This document shows positions 42,826-57,929 of a stretch of DNA of 64,000 nucleotides, one piece after another. The notes under the pieces were generated by a model that was not told the origin of the DNA, did no database searches, and worked only from the letters and a program-made list of their open reading frames with translations. The first letter of the stretch is position 1; the number at the start of each line of letters is the position of its first letter. The position numbers and the translations under genes were made by a program. Source of the stretch: Daphnia carinata. Taxonomy: Eukaryota. Location of the stretch: assembly GCF_022539665.2 (NCBI RefSeq), contig NC_081331.1:10478001-10542000 (forward strand), given 5' to 3'.

Positions 42826-45800
42826 AGGGGGTTGAGATAAAAAAAAAAAATGTTTGTATGTATTTCACTTATGTTGGAACGGAGCCATGGTGATCCCATC
42901 GATACTCGTTTTCAATCTTTTATTTTAGTTTGTTTTAGTGCTTGTTCGGGTCACGTGTTTCTATTATTCGTAAATTTTTTTTTCCTTTAATGCAAAATTT
43001 GCATTAACTTTTTTTTTTTTTTTTTTTTTTTTTTTACCTCCGTCGCCAAAGATATACATACACCTACATAATATCTAAAGTATCTTTTTTTTTTGCCCCG
43101 ATTTATCGAGTACCCCCAGTTAGCTTTTCAGGACGATGGCTTATTCGATAGTTCAATTAAAGAATCGAAATTTTTACATTCGCTCTCTTACCTTTAAAAA
43201 AAAAAATACGTATCTCCCTGCCGTTCTTCACCAATCCAATTGTCATTTCGTTGAACTACTGTATCAATGTTTTTCTAATGCGAGAAAAATTCCCGATTGC
43301 TGCATAATAATACCCGCTCTCCCTGTAAACGCTCTGTATTTGCCTCTTTGTCTATACATTCACAACAAAGTACTTGCAATGATGACGATCAAATCCAAAT
43401 CATTAAAAACGGTTGAACGTTTGGGCTCAACACAAAAACTCATATATATTATATATAATTGTAATGTATGTCATTTGTAATCGGCTGTGTACCACCATTA
43501 ATATTGTACGGCCAGTCTCGCAAGATAACGGGGGCGGGGGGGGGGGGGACTTTGGGCTGATGGCTCTTTGCTGCTACTGTGAAATTGAGAGAGTTTGTAA
43601 TAATACACGCAAGCGTTGCGCTCTAGGCGTGGCTACATTTATCTCCGTTTTTCCATCCGTCTTCTTGTTTCCTTTCTGTTTATGCCGCTTGTTCGTTCGC
43701 TTAGCCTCCCGTTGTTTTGATTATACAAGACAGGCTAGTATATTGCTAGTGGCCCTTTATAGACGTGAAAGAAAAAAAAAATGCGATTTTTTTGGGGGGA
43801 GGGGGGGGGGGATCGTCATTTGTTTTCCAGTAGGGTCTTAACACCGTGACAAGAACGTTTTACCACCAGTCTTTTTTTTTTTTTTTTTTTTTTTTTTTCT
43901 AAACTATCTCTCACACAAAGACGAACGACTTTGAACGGGCTATTGAAATGAGAGGAACAACAGATCTATAAAAGAGAAAGGAATGTAGAATTCTTTTCTT
44001 TTTTTTTTTTTTTTTTTTTTTTTACCCTGTTTCGTCTTCTTCCGGCATACGATATCGTTTGCTGTAAGCGGAGCAAAAAAAAAAAATTGAATCTATCTAT
44101 TGTTCTCACGAAAAAGAGCGAACAACGCGCTGCGACAATGACCTGTCATGGCCGCCATTGTTTCGGCGCTGGGGCCATCTAATATGGTAGTTACTTACAT
44201 TGCACAGAGGGAGATAGGATAGAAAGAAAAAAAAAACATCCATTCTTCTAATAATAGTGATAAAATGATATCCCAACCAGATCGTAAATTCTTTTTGGCT
44301 GTCTTGTCGTTATAGATCCCTATATATCTAGTGTAGTTTACACGTATACCTATATCCTCTTTGGTAGATATGATATCATGGCTCTTTTGCATAGAAGAGG
44401 CTCTAAAAAACAATGAATATCGATAATTCATTTTGTACTTTTTCTTGGATAATATAATTTTTCTTTTTAATTTTATAGCTAGGGATTTTTTTGTAAAAAT
44501 GAGATGGGGGAATAGGACGTGGTAAAAGTTGTATCGATTTAACATCGAACCGAGTAGTCAAATTGAATCTTCTCAAACTGCATTAAAATGAGAATTGTCA
44601 AATTTGATTGTCCAGTCGAGCTTTAGTGGCGTTTCCTGTGAACCCCCGCCTTGTGTAGAAAGGATGGACGGAGATGACGGTTTGCAAACCGGAATGATTT
44701 CACGATTCAATGGCGGATGAGGGGACAAAAATCGATTCTGTTGAATAGATGATCCGCTGAGTAAAAAAAAAAAAAGCTGAATTTTTCATCTGTTTTTTCT
44801 TTCGCAAAGTAGAAACTACGATGACAATAGAGGACCAAAAGAGCTCTCGAAGAAGTGCGAGTAAAGTTGATGTCTCGTACAGTATATTCCAAGAGCTGTC
44901 GCCCAATCGAATGCCATATTTCATTCGACCGCGATTTTCTCCTTCCTTTGCTGCTCTAAAAGTTTGCGCCAAAGTCAAACAGTCCCCCCCCCTCATTTTT
45001 TATTCTTCACATGTTACGTATGGAACGAAAAACGCCACAATCATTCATCAGAGAAACATAAAGTATGTTTGTTAAAAAAAAAAGAAATCTACTTATTTCT
45101 CCCGTTTTATTTCTTCACCTGAGGCCATCGTCGCGCATTTGCTGATTTCCTCCAGCTGCTACCGCAGTTTCGAAGCGTGTCGTTATTCCAACGACAGTTG
45201 GAGAGCAATTCACGAGCAGCGGAAAACAGCAATAGGAGGGAAAAGAAAAATCCATAAAGCTATTTTCCATGTCGAAAAAAAAAAAGGGAAGGGTTCACTT
45301 AATCACACGTATGTGCATTAAGTCGACGTAGAATATAAATATACTGATGTATATAGGCCCCATCGTAGTTGCTCATCCGCGCAAGACGACGCGCGCGGAA
45401 GGCGACGGGATGCGAAGTGGAAAGGGAAGCTGTTGGTTTTTCTCTGTGCCTCTTCAAAAATGCGCGCCTATTTTTTTTTTTTCTTTAAAAAAAAAAATCA
45501 GATGTTTCAGACCGCGAAAAGCTTATTGCTGTGGTACTCAAGTCATTTTATTTATTTATTCTTTGTTGTTTATTTTTTCGGTTGGACTGGCATCCGCTTT
45601 TGATGCGGTACGTCTCTACACTTGAATATGGAATACGTAACGCGTTTTATTTACGTCTCTCTCTTGGCGTTGACGTTCGAAAACGCTAACAAACCTTTCC
45701 TAGCCCGTTTACTGTATCATTAGTGCGGAAGAATATCCGTCGAATTGTCCAGATCTTTTTTTTTTTTTTTTCGAAAAAATTCTGACCTTCAAATGTCTTT

Positions 45801-48800
45801 GTTCTAGGGGTATGGTAACCTAATGATAAAAAGGTTCGAATATAAAAAAGAAGCAGGTAGGGTACGATATAGCTTTTCATACCCTTCCTCATTTTTCTAC
45901 GTTGCAACACTTGCTCAGTTTTTATTAGACGTTCAGTGTCGCTAGTCTCACAGTCGCAGCAACATCCTACACAACATCCCACAAGTTTTTTCATCGACGT
46001 GAACGAAACCAGTTTTTTGTATTTCCAGGAACGTTATTTAAACTGTTCTTCTGAAAGTGACATCTGTGTAAAGAAATCTGCCCACGTCTTAAGGAGAAAA
46101 GGTAAGTCTTTTTTTTTTTTTTGTTTCGATATCTCTAACATTAAACAACTGCCCAGCAAAACAAAACAAACAAACATGTAGAATTGCAGAGCCATGTTTT
46201 TAAAATCAATACGGAGGTAAATGATATAAGATACGCCCCTCCCAAAAAAAAAAGTTAGATGAGTCTTATGATGAACTCGTAACGGTGATGGAAACTCTGA
46301 AACGAGGGGAGCCAGTTGTAACCACCAGAAACTTTAGCATTGGATATTGCATTAAGTTGTGTTCCATGTCTTATATGATTTAGAGGAAACGACAGTTTCT
46401 TTTCCATCTCTTGATCCGTGACTGTACCAGGACGAGCATTACGGCGTCTTCCATTAAGGCAGTGAAAATGGCAATGACTTTTTTGTAGCCATGAAAACTT
46501 TATTTCAAAGCCTACGTACACTGGCTGTTTCGTTGTGTATATTTTCTTGTTGTAAACATGAGTTAGTTGCAGGTTTATATGAAGCACTGGTCGATGCGAT
46601 GTAAAGCACGAAAGATTATATCGTTAAAGGGAAAAGTGGTGCATGTTGCAACAGCCTTAAACTTGTAAAGCAAATAGCTATTAGAGCTGTGCGCGTAGGT
46701 AGCCACCAAAAAACTTGTTGCTATATATCACAATCTGATTTTGCTCCCCTTCGTCTGCGCCATTAATTGACCCAATTCAGGCAGTCAGCATCGTCTCGCT
46801 TAAAGTTTGAGGCCCGTTTAGCAACGTAATCCCGACCCTATAATACGGTCCTCGTCGGCACGGAACGTGCACACCCTACAAAGTGCCTGCAGTTAGGACT
46901 AGTCACGAATGTTTCCTTGCTATTCTTTTTAACGCTCGATGTGTGCTGCGTTTCTTGATTTTTCCAACTTAACTTAGTTGTTTTGATTTCTTTTCTGTTT
47001 AACTCTCTATAGAGTTTTGAAATGGATGGAAAAAAAAAATTCAGGCTTTTTATTAGATTGCCAGGAAAGCAATTGTATAGTCTCGTTGATGACGTACAAA
47101 TGCGTTTTGGCGACAGCTTGTATCCCATTTTTCTCTTTCTGCTTAACACTCATCTTTTCAACTATACAGCTACACTCACTTGTCAAGACTTCCGACTCTC
47201 GGGAGATCGTGTTGGCATGCCAAGAGGAAAAAAAAAAAATTCGGACCGGGTGTATTGTACGTAACGCTCCGTAGAAAAAAAAAAAAAAGAGAAAGAAGCC
47301 CTTTGTAAAAATCCCTGGATTGCAGCAGTGCTGGACGGAAGAGTTTTTTCCGCTTCTTTTTTTTTTTTTTTTTCATTGATTTTTGTTTTGTTTTCTTGTC
47401 AACCAAGCCAGAAAATCTTTGCCTCTTTTCTATATCGGTGCAGTCCAAACAAACTCTTTTTTGTCTGGGATATACACCACTTCGCTATTTTGTGTCGTTC
47501 TCAACGTATTGCCAAACATTCAATTTGCACTTGAAACCGTGTGAGTATTACAGATGTCATCGACAGCGATGTATCCCTTACATAGATCCGCACGGATGTA
47601 ACCCCTATATGTCCACCGTTTTATACTCGAGCACTTTCCCGCTCGTGTGGTACATCTATGTCTTCCTTGACTTGGCGTTTTCTTGAGGGTAGCGTAAAAT
47701 AATGCTATATATTTTTTTTCCTCCATCATTTCCTTGTGATATCAACGTGCCAAGTTCTCACAAACGGAAAATGTAGATGCGTTGAGGGACTGAAAGGAGC
47801 GCGCGATTGCACGTCTATCCATCGTTCTCGTAATGAACTTGATGAACAGATTGTTTCGTATTTCTTTCTTTCTTAATCAGACTCTTTTTTTTTTGTATGT
47901 TTCAATGCTTTCTTTTGCTCACCTCATTTTTATGTAACAAAGTACTGAACGCGCAGATTGTGCTAGCGTTGATTGGCCTCCTAGGGACTCATCAAACATG
48001 TGCATGTGCCCTTTTTCTAGCCCTTTTTATTTTGCAGAAAGGTTGGAAACTGTGATACAATTTTTATTCTTTAGTTTGTAATTTGATGGGTGGGTAAATA
48101 GGAAAAAGTCCAGAAACGAAAGAGAAAGCAAATGTTCTAAAAGAGTAACTGGAGTCTATGGTCGATTGCAAGGGGAAGCCATTAGATGATGTGAAAAGTT
48201 TATTTGGACGCTAGTCCCACTTCTTTTTCATTGGGAGCTTTCCTTTTTTTTTCGATGACTCTCGTCACTATCAATATAGCAGGGGGAAAGAAGTAGAAAC
48301 TTGCTCCGATCTCCTTGACGAAGGAGAGTTTTTATCCTCTTGGTATAAATAAAAAAACGAATTGAATGGAAGAAGAAATCAAAAAGAGTCTTTCGTTTTG
48401 TTCGTCCCACGATGGTCATTTGACCTCAGTGGGAGAATAAAAAGTCTTTTATTATTATTATTTAGTCTACACTGCGTGTATGGACATTGCTGTAGTTTTC
48501 TGTCTGCGTTTAGACGTTGTTTCTTTTACATGTGAAGGCACAAAAGAAAAGAAATCTCATTGGGTAAATGCACGTATAGAATCAATGTCAACACTGTGCC
48601 ATGTAGCTCTTTAAAAATTGAAGAATGAGAAACTAGTCCGTACTTTTTCAGTCTATTTTTTGCTGCCGTTTATGTGTTGCCAGATGATGTTGTCATGACT
48701 ATCGCCCTAAAAAAAATTGCCTTTAAAAATTTAATGTCGCAATGAAAATGCGAGACGTGGTGGGGGGTGGGGACCAATTTTCAGATGCTATTTCGTATTT

Positions 48801-51800
48801 ATATCATTCCCTTTCGTGCGCATTGGATCGATATCGCAATGCGTTGTTGTACACTACGTAGGAAAAAGGGGAAATGTTCATTGTTAGACAAAAAACGCGA
48901 TTACCGATACACAAAATAGCTAGCAACCAAAATTGCAGTGAAAATCCAAAGAGTTAACGTTTCAATAATTGAGTGCAATTTGAGCTGGGTGGCCCGGCGG
49001 CACATGGGAAACCAGAACCCAAAAATAAAACAACGGATATACGTACAGCATTTGAAATGTGGCTGTAAGGGGAAAGAAAACAAGCAGAAAAAGTAAATAT
49101 TTTCAACTGGCAAGTGCACTATACTATAGGATGCACTTTCTGTGCATCGTATCCTTGTTTCCCTTAAGGTTGTCTGTAGCGCAGATAGATCAACAATCGC
49201 CCTCTTCTTTCATCCCGAGTCTATTGTTACGTGGCCTCTAGGCAGCTGTTTGTCATTATATAAGATATTAATAATATCTATCTGTATCTATATCCCTTTT
49301 TTTCCTCTCAGCATCCTGTTCTCTCCTTGTGCTACCAGTTTTCTTCTTTTCTTCTTGCATCGACACAGCGAGAGTGAGCTTTAAGAGGCTTTCGTCGCCG
49401 ACAATTCGCGTTTGCTCTATTCGGCCTTCCTCAAAGACCATCCTTATGTAGTCTACGTTTCGTTTTTCTTCTGTGTCTCTCCCAGACTGAAGAAAATCAA
49501 CATGGAACGCACAATTTTTTGTTTTACGTGTTGCATAAACATTCTGCTCGTCAGCGACATTCCTAATAAATAGCCTATAGAAGTGGGTTGAATAAACATT
49601 TGTAGAAATTACGATTTACGTTTTTTTACGTACACATCTGTGGGATTCCTAAAATTTACAAAACCGAGATTTACGTCATTCGAAAATGCGGGTTTCTAAG
49701 TACGGCTTAGACGCGTTCTGTAAATATAGTCGTATTGGAAAGGACTGTGGCCAGTTGATGTATTCAGGACAGCGAGGGATTATGCATAGAGGCCTATAGA
49801 CGTACGACAACAAGATAAAATACATGCGTTCACGAGTGTATATCACAGAAATGACGTTGGTGAAGGAAAATCGTGAGCTCGCAAACCCGTGATAAATTAT
49901 GCGTTCCATAAAAACACGAAAAATGTTTGATTGATTGAAATACATCAGCTTTGTGTATCCTCCCATCATTTATATATCTATATAGAGGCACTTTACTCAA
50001 TTGAATTGCACATAACGGCTGTCAGCTTTTAATGCATTCAGCGAAAAACGCGAAGAACGTGCACAATGTTTCATTTCATTTTTTTTTTCATTGCCTTTGC
50101 GCTTTGAAGCCAAGTCTTTGATGCAAAACAAAAGACCCCATTAATTACTTACAACCAAACAGTCGTAGCTAATAAGTTGACAAATCTCGTTGTGTCGTCT
50201 GTAGCTGAGGACTTGTATTAGAGTCTCCAGCAATTGATGAGATTAGCCCGCCAACCGAAACGTGGAAACGAAATCTTGGGCTTCCTAACTAGTCATTACA
50301 AGGGAGGTGTTTTTTGTTGTTGTTTGTCCTGTTTATTCCCTACGCGTTAACAAGCTATGATGAAGACGAGGAGAGGGGGGTGCCAGAAAGAAAAATAAGG
50401 AAGAAAAAAAAAAAAATAAAAAAAAGGAAAGGAGAAATAATAATGAGAACATCGAGATTGGGATTGGGTTCCATCATGTTGCGCCTCTACCCATCCTATT
50501 TCGTTTCCGGAATGACGGAATGAACAGCGCGGATCTATAAGCACCACATTTCCGTCTCGTTTGCCAGCACCATTTGACGCACATTTCGGCGAAGCAATGA
50601 AGTGGGCCGAGTCTGTACATGCTGTGGCCCCACATCTGCCTCTGGCTTCTTGTAAATATAGCGCACACAGAGCTTCAGCTTTCTCGTTCGTGATCCGCTG
50701 CCTGCGTTTTATGAGCGCGAACATTGCATCGGATTGCGTAAGCCCATCGGGTTACTTGTCCTTCCATTACTGTAGACTATTGCAAAATGATGTTCTTCTA
50801 GTACAGCAGTAGTTTGTTATTTTGGGCGTTGTGTAAACGCGCTAATGTTTCACCGTAAATACGTTCGCTTATTTCCAGGGGTGGCATGTAGCGTAACAGG
50901 AAGAAAAATCGGGAGTTGACAAGTACCGACCGGGCGCGATGGAGAGATGAGCGGGCTAATATTCCTATCTGTCGCATGTCAAACTAGCTTCCTCCACTAA
51001 TACCATTGCCTTCCGCCCCATTTGATTGCCGTATTGGCTCTTGACAATTCAATTAGACCCTCATTCCGCTCACACAGCAACTGCGCCCGTCATCGTTTAG
51101 CTCCCTCCTTATACGCTGTATACATGTTTATTCGACAACACGACATATGCCTTTTCCTTTTGCCATATACCACTGTATATTTATACTTTTTTTTTTCGTC
51201 ATTTGTAACATTATTTTTTATGTAGGGAAAAGGTTTATTGGCTATTCTATCTTTTTTTTTCGTTCCTCAATCTCGTTGATTGGCTCTATCCAACAAGAGT
51301 GGCGTCTACCCATCCACGACCCTCTCACCCGCCTCTTTGCAACGCGTCCGCCACATCGTATATTAAAAGATGGGCAACACACACAAATGCGCGACGGAAC
51401 ACATCATTTAGATTAAATAAAGCCAAACGCTATAGACATAAATCTAAGTATCTATCCACATAAATTCGGATAGACTATGTCGAGCAAGCGTATAAAACTT
51501 ATCGTGTTATTCGTTTGCGTATGCGTTAAGCCTAAGCGTATGTACCAAAGGGCATGACGGGGAGGACAACAACAAAATGATGAAAAATGAACGGGAAAGA
51601 TGTGAATAGTTTAGTAACGTCGTGGTGGATACGAGAGCGCCGTGAATGTAGAAGTTGAATAGCCATTTAATTAGTTGCGACAAGATTTGAAGAATGGGTA
51701 TATTAAGAGGAGTGAAGAATGAGTTTAGGGTGTATATATACATAGTACAAGGAGAGAATAGACAAGGAAAAATGATGATGATGAAACCTCTTTTTTTTTT

Positions 51801-53974
51801 TATTATGTGTGTACTCTGCATCGCTGCTAGCTGTGTATACATACAGATGTATCGAGCGTTGATACAGGCGTTGTTTAATATCTGAAATTAATTATTTTTT
51901 TCCTCGGAAATGTAAGTGAAAAAAATGTTTTCCGAACACACAAACACACACACACTCGTGATGGATCTTCAGATTTTGTTTTGTTGTCGTGTTTTCTCAT
52001 CATTCTTATTTTGCTGCTTCTATAGGCTCTTTTTTTTTTTTAACATTAACAAAAAAAAGTTTGCTTTTCGATGTTATTGGATCTAACCTATTGTGCAAAG
52101 TCTTGTAAATGATAGCTCCTATTTTGCTTTAGATTTTCAAATGGAATTTCAAATGAAGTCAATCCATGCACTATGCATATATTAGCCTATGTCTATATTG
52201 ATTGTGACGGGGATTAATTAATTGGAAAAAAAAAATCTGTGATTACAGCAAGAAGCGAGATAGAAAGGGGGTTTAAATAAATGAGATTGGCATTAGCGCT
52301 AATCACATGCCAGATATGAAAAATTGATGGAAAACTCGTAAAGAGGAATGGGTTCGTCTCCGACCACCGTCCCATTGCGTCGTTTTGATTCCGAACAACT
52401 GTGGCCTCCATGTTTATCAAATTCGAACGAGATGTGTTGAGCCCTCGTACAATTAGAGATGTTAGCTCTTTTTGAATTGTAAAACTGCTAGCCGTTTTAT
52501 GTACTTTTAAGATCAGCCAGACAGTTTGGTTATCCAGAGCCGACTTTTGGGTCTAATTCCATCTGTTTGTCGTAAATCGGGGAACTATAGTAGGCAAATG
52601 AACGATGCATTAAGCTGCATATTTTTAGTAGTGCGTGAAAACATTATCAGCAACTTGATTTTGAATGCCGTGACATATGGGCGGGGGTAAGCATCCTTTG
52701 TACAATGCACGATATAATTGACAAGGTACCAAATAACTACATATTGTGCCACGTAACATAAAGTTCGTAACTCTAATGGTAGAATGGTAAACCTTTTATC
52801 AATGCATTTGTATAACCGAGCGCGTCATTCAGATTTCAGGAGATCTGATTTTCTGAAAGCCTTTCAACCAACCCACTCGAAAGGTAAGCTTTCCATGACC
52901 GAACACACGAGAAAGAAGCCTGTACGTGTCCAATCGTCATGTGAAACTCCGGAAATAGGCTACTCAGCTCATTAGGCGATCAAGATTAAAGCGCCCACAG
53001 CAACATTTTACCTTCAATTTTCCCATCGTTTCGGCTCAATCACGTAATAGGTATGTCTATCAAAATCCCAGTTCAAATTTTTGCCGATCGTTATCTTCGG
53101 AAAATTACCTCAGCTATTGCTGACAAAAATTCATATGTAATCTTCAAAAGTTCTCAAATTTTGCGTAATTTCAGAATCTTTTGAAATGTTGGTAAATCTT
53201 AAAAGTATTCGTTAAGCTCGTGCACCTGAAAAGCTTAATAACAGACTTATTAAGCATCCATCTTAGTACGGAAACGTATTTGGCTCTTGAAGAGGATAAG
53301 AAACTATTCCTTTTTCAGCTTTGGAGCTTAAGATTCTTTAAAATAAACTTCCTTCCCCTTTTTTATGAATGAGGCATCCAGCAAAAAAAAAACAATAGTA
53401 GAGTAAAGTTGCATAAAGTTTTTAGCTGTTTCTTTTTGTTCAATGTGATAACAAGTTCGATTGCTGAAATTAAGGTTTTAAACTAGAACATTCGTTTGTT
53501 GGAAATTCCGTTCCACTTCGAGCTAAGCATTGCGGAAATAACTTCCGGGTGCTCAAGCCATGCTTTGAGAAGTGCATACTCGACTTCGCCATGTTATTTT
53601 TGCGTCAAGACAACCCAAAATCTTTGAAATCAGGAATACTTGAATGAAACTATGGTTAGTCCAATCGATAGAATCAGTTTGCCAACGCCTATCTGTTTCT
53701 CGTGTTTTGTTTGTAACGACTATTTACACTTCTACCCATGCAATCAGTAAACATGACGAGCTCGTGCCTCCCTGTAAATAAAGGATAACTTCAAAAACTA
53801 AGGTATGTAAAGACACTAAACTTTATCGGAAAACTAATACGTGAAAAGTATTAAAGGCTAACAGAAAAACAGCATATTTCCCTGGATTACTGAAAGAAAT
53901 TCAGGGGAACAACAGTAAAAGAAAAAAAAAGATTCACCAAAAAAATCTTAATGTGGGATATATAACCCTGACTT

Positions 53975-55619
53975 CTATTTTTTTTCAAGTGCATTCAGCT
54001 GGTAGCCAGGGAAGCTGCAAGCGGATTTCTCTGGATCCAGTAAATTCAATAAGAACAAGATTACACCAGCTGTGCCTTCGAAAAGAGATAAGGGTCGGTC
54101 CGGTGTCCGGAACTCGTGCGGGCGATCGTCCATAACGATTTCGCCAAACTTATATGCACGGTACAAATAAATGGGATCTCTCGTGTGTTTGTAAAGATGA
54201 AGAATGGCGAGTGCGTTTCCTGAGATGCCATGGCAAAGGCTAAAACCTTTGGTTAAAATTCCACGCTCCCAAGTTACATCAGCACACTGTTTAGCTGCTG
54301 ACAGGTACAAATCAGAATTGTAAACCTTGAAAGAAAAAAATCGTTTAAACAGGCTGCGTAATACTGGGTCAAACGGCTTTCAGGGTAGGCTGTGCTAGAA
54401 GACAGAAAATACCTTAGCGGCTGCTATGAAACAGTGAATAAATCCTGGAGCTCCATGACACCACTGGACAAGGCGATCGCGCTCACTGTCTAAAGACGAG
54501 GGGAAATTTCCACTAGGAAACCGGGTTTCGAGGAGAAAATCTAAGCAAAGACGTATGTCGTCCTCCACGACACCGCGCTCCAGGTAATCCGTAATCTAAT
54601 TTGACAAATTCGAGAATTCACTTTTTGTACAGTTCAATCGAAAATCAGGTAATTGTTGTTTTAATCAATGGTAGAGGTCAAACCTGCAGAAGAAGATAAA
54701 GTATACCAGCGAACCCGTGTGCTGGTCCGAGATATTTTTGTTTATGCCATTCAAACATAAGTGGAGGTGTTATGAACCCTCTCTGCTGCATTTCGTTGGC
54801 TAAGCGTCTGCCGGAGCCAATAATGGCTTTAGCGATGCTTGCTATCAAATCATCGTTCACCTTCTCGTGGCAATGCTGTTTCATGTATAATAACGAAAAT
54901 AGACAACCAGCTCGTCCATACAGGAGCTCATCGGGCATACCATCGCTGCTATTGGTGAGAACTTCAAAAGAACGGTACAATGTCTGCAACCTTAGAATCA
55001 GTAACCCCATTGAGAATTATTTTACAGGAAAAAAACCTATTTCTTCTGGAATAAATAATGGCAACGGAAATAAATTTAAGGTATACCGATGAAGAAAATG
55101 ATGCTCTTTCTCTGGCTGCTTGAGGGAATGGGCACATGCAGCAGCTAAAGCAAGAGGTCCACCAACTCCAGTCAGGAAAGTAAGGTCTTTCACATTTGGC
55201 TTGTGCAAATGCATCGTGCATTTTTCAGCCATGAAAAAAGCCTGTTCTATGAACTCTGGAGAATTCAACATCTTTCCTGCTTCAAAGTATAACAAGGCAT
55301 ATCCAGATTTTCCTGTGTATACTGAATAGTCACCCCAGTTGGTGCTTCCAGTATAGTCAATTTCTGCCTTCACATTTTTCTCCCATTGGGCCATTAGTTT
55401 GTTAACCACTGATTTTAGATGTTTCAGAAACTCCTCATCTGTCTAATGAGAATATAAGTAAACCCAGTTTGAAATGTTTGTCAACTGGATACAAACCCGA
55501 TGCTAAAATAATTTGATTTTTAATTAACTTACGTGATCCCTACCATGTTGCTGGTCGGATGAAAGAAACGGGTTAACAAACGAGCGATCATCTTTTTTAA
55601 CTAGAGACCAGGTATTCAT
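53975..55619 (-). CDS. LanC-like protein (LANCL1/2 family), 5 exons
   Basis: Motifs ELLYGRAG, YLGPAHGFAGI, GNFPSS...LVQWCHGAPG, SLCHGISGN, RTPDRPLSLFEG. Confidence 0.95.
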
Positions 55620-55838
55620 GTTCGTTGTTTTCTTAGGCCTTCAAGCGTAAAATGAACGTTGTAAACTGCATTGTGAATTAACAAGATTCTTCTGTTTTGT
55701 TTTGAATTTGGAACAACGTATGATGCCCGTCTGCTCTAAGAAATAATATCAAAATAACAAGTTGGCAACGCTGAAAGAAAAATACAACAAGTTCGACGTA
55801 TATCCGTAGCGAAAAGTGACGTTTGGGGAAATTGAAAA

Positions 55839-57359
55839 ATGGCCAGGAAGAAGGAAGACAAGGATGGGAAGTATAAACGAATAACGAATAAGTCAAAAAA
55901 ATCTTCCAGTGATATTAAAGACGTCGATTCTGATGTTATAAAATCTCAATTATTAACTCTGGGATTAACCTTGAGGGAGGTACCTGGTGACGGGTAGGTT
56001 GTGTTCCTTTTCGTTCATGAAAATAACTGAAGGTACAAAATACTCGTTTATTAGGAACTGCCTGTTTCGTGCGTTAGGCGATCAATTAGATGGCCATATG
56101 GGCAACCACTATAGACACAGGCAAGACACAACAACCTACATGCTAGATCACAGAGAAGATTTCCAGCCTTTTGTGGAAGATGATCTTCCTTTCGAAAAGC
56201 ACAGTAAGAAACGTTTTTAAAAGATTCAGAACTCTGTTATTGATAGACAGTATTTTTAGTCAGTGAACTGAGTCAGCCAGGTACATATGCAGGGAATGAT
56301 GCAATTGTCGCATTTGCAAGACTTCATCAGGTAAAACAAATTTTCTTTAGTGTATTGGCGGCAATCTAGTTATTTATAACTACCTAGTTTTGACAAATAC
56401 AAATTACAGCAGCTTTTCCTTTTGTGTAACCTCCCACTTTTCACCGCCTTTATTTTTAAAGTATAGTCCATTTTTGGCAATCTAATGAAAGTGACTGAAG
56501 GGAAAGGTAACGAGGAAGAAAATAGTCACGGCAATTCTTGTTTGTCAAAACTAGGTATCAGTAATGCCATTTGTACTTTCGAGTTAATACTCTTCTATGT
56601 TATAAAATTTCTTTTTTTTACAATAAGGTAACAATTGTGATTCATCAACCAAACACCCCCCTTTGGCAAATTAAAGGTTGGGAGACAAGTGGAACTATTC
56701 AAACTACAGAAAAAAACAAGAAAAGAAAAAATTATAGTAATGTTCTATCATCCCATCAACTCCATATTGCATACCATGGAGGCGATCATTATGATAGTGT
56801 AAGACGATTGGGAGACACCAGTCACGTACCTGCCAATATTCAAATCGACGCTGACAGTGACGGGCATGAGGGAACAAACCAGAGTCCAAACACAACCGGT
56901 CGTGTGCGGAATTACGATTCTTGCAACATTCATGAAATTGATCATACGGAGGAAGCAGTAAGCCTAATTCAAAATTTTAAAAAATGGAAATGCATTGATG
57001 CTGTTAACCTATTTAACAATTAGGCGAACGACGTTGAACGAGAAGCCATGGTTCGTTCAGGATGCCACGATCTCACGATTGTTCGCCAGTTACTTTATAA
57101 TAACTTCGGAAACATTGATGCCACCGTCGAAGATCTTTCGGCGTTGACATTAACCCCCGTAGAAAGCCACGAAACCAAATTCGAGCATCTGTCTTCAGGT
57201 GGACGTACGAAAACCGGCTTTAGTAGAAAGCAGCTAGAGAGGATTCGTAAACAAGAGCGAAAACGAGCTGGTGATGCCAGAAGAAAACCGCCTAATGTTA
57301 CCAAAGAAACGCAAGAAGAAGCAACCATAATTGGCAAAGTTCAGTGCCTAAACATATAA
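55839..57359 (+). CDS. OTUD3: OTU-domain deubiquitinase OTUD3-like, 5 exons
   Basis: [22 protein letters not shown] catalytic Cys box; [29 protein letters not shown]is box; C-terminal UBA-like region and RKQERKR. Confidence 0.9.
56381..56557. mobile_element. Short foldback/MITE-like element inside an OTUD3 intron
   Basis: Perfect 17-bp inverted repeats TACCTAGTTTTGACAAA (56381-56397) and TTTGTCAAAACTAGGTA (56541-56557); the outer TA could be a Tc1/mariner-type TSD. The intron is about 300 bp versus the usual ~60 bp. Confidence 0.55.
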
Positions 57360-57929
57360 AATAATTTTTTTTTCTAAAACGATTTAATGTTAGTTAAACC
57401 GTTCTATGTGTAGTGCAGCTATGCGAATTATTTTACGAAGTTTGCTAAATTTCAGCTATGATTGCAATCTTAATTTTGCGAGACATCGCCAGCTATCACA
57501 GTCCATAATTGCTTGCAGCAGAGCAGCTAAATTGCCAATTAACTAAATTAAGAATATGTCCATGCCAGTTAACGTTGATTTTGTGAAAAGAATTCGTTTT
57601 CTTGTAAAAAGAAAGCCGTTTTTAAATAAATATAAGAGAAATGTCTGTAGCGCAAAAAATTATGTTAATTCATTTTCTATGTTTATTACAGAAAATGTAA
57701 GCTTGGTGTAAAAACACACTTTGATTTTTGTGATTTTACTTGAATTTTTAATCGAAATCATGTATTTAATACGGCAATCCGTTTACTACCATTTCTGCTG
57801 CATAACGCTAGCGCTATAGCGCACTGCCGCGCTAGCATTGTGTCAAATATTCGGTGTATTTAAAAAACTATTAACTTAATGAAAAAAATAGCAATTTTCC
57901 CGGAATCAGCATTCAATTTTGAATATATC

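Noticed and set aside
42700..53900. Numerous 60-140 aa ORFs in the long intergenic region
   Set aside because: Rich in F/K runs from poly-T/poly-A tracts, with no recognisable domains or consistent exon chains.
53975..55619. Lanthipeptide biosynthetic cluster or bacterial horizontal transfer
   Set aside because: Intron-containing eukaryotic LanC-like gene; no LanB/LanM, precursor peptide or transporter nearby.
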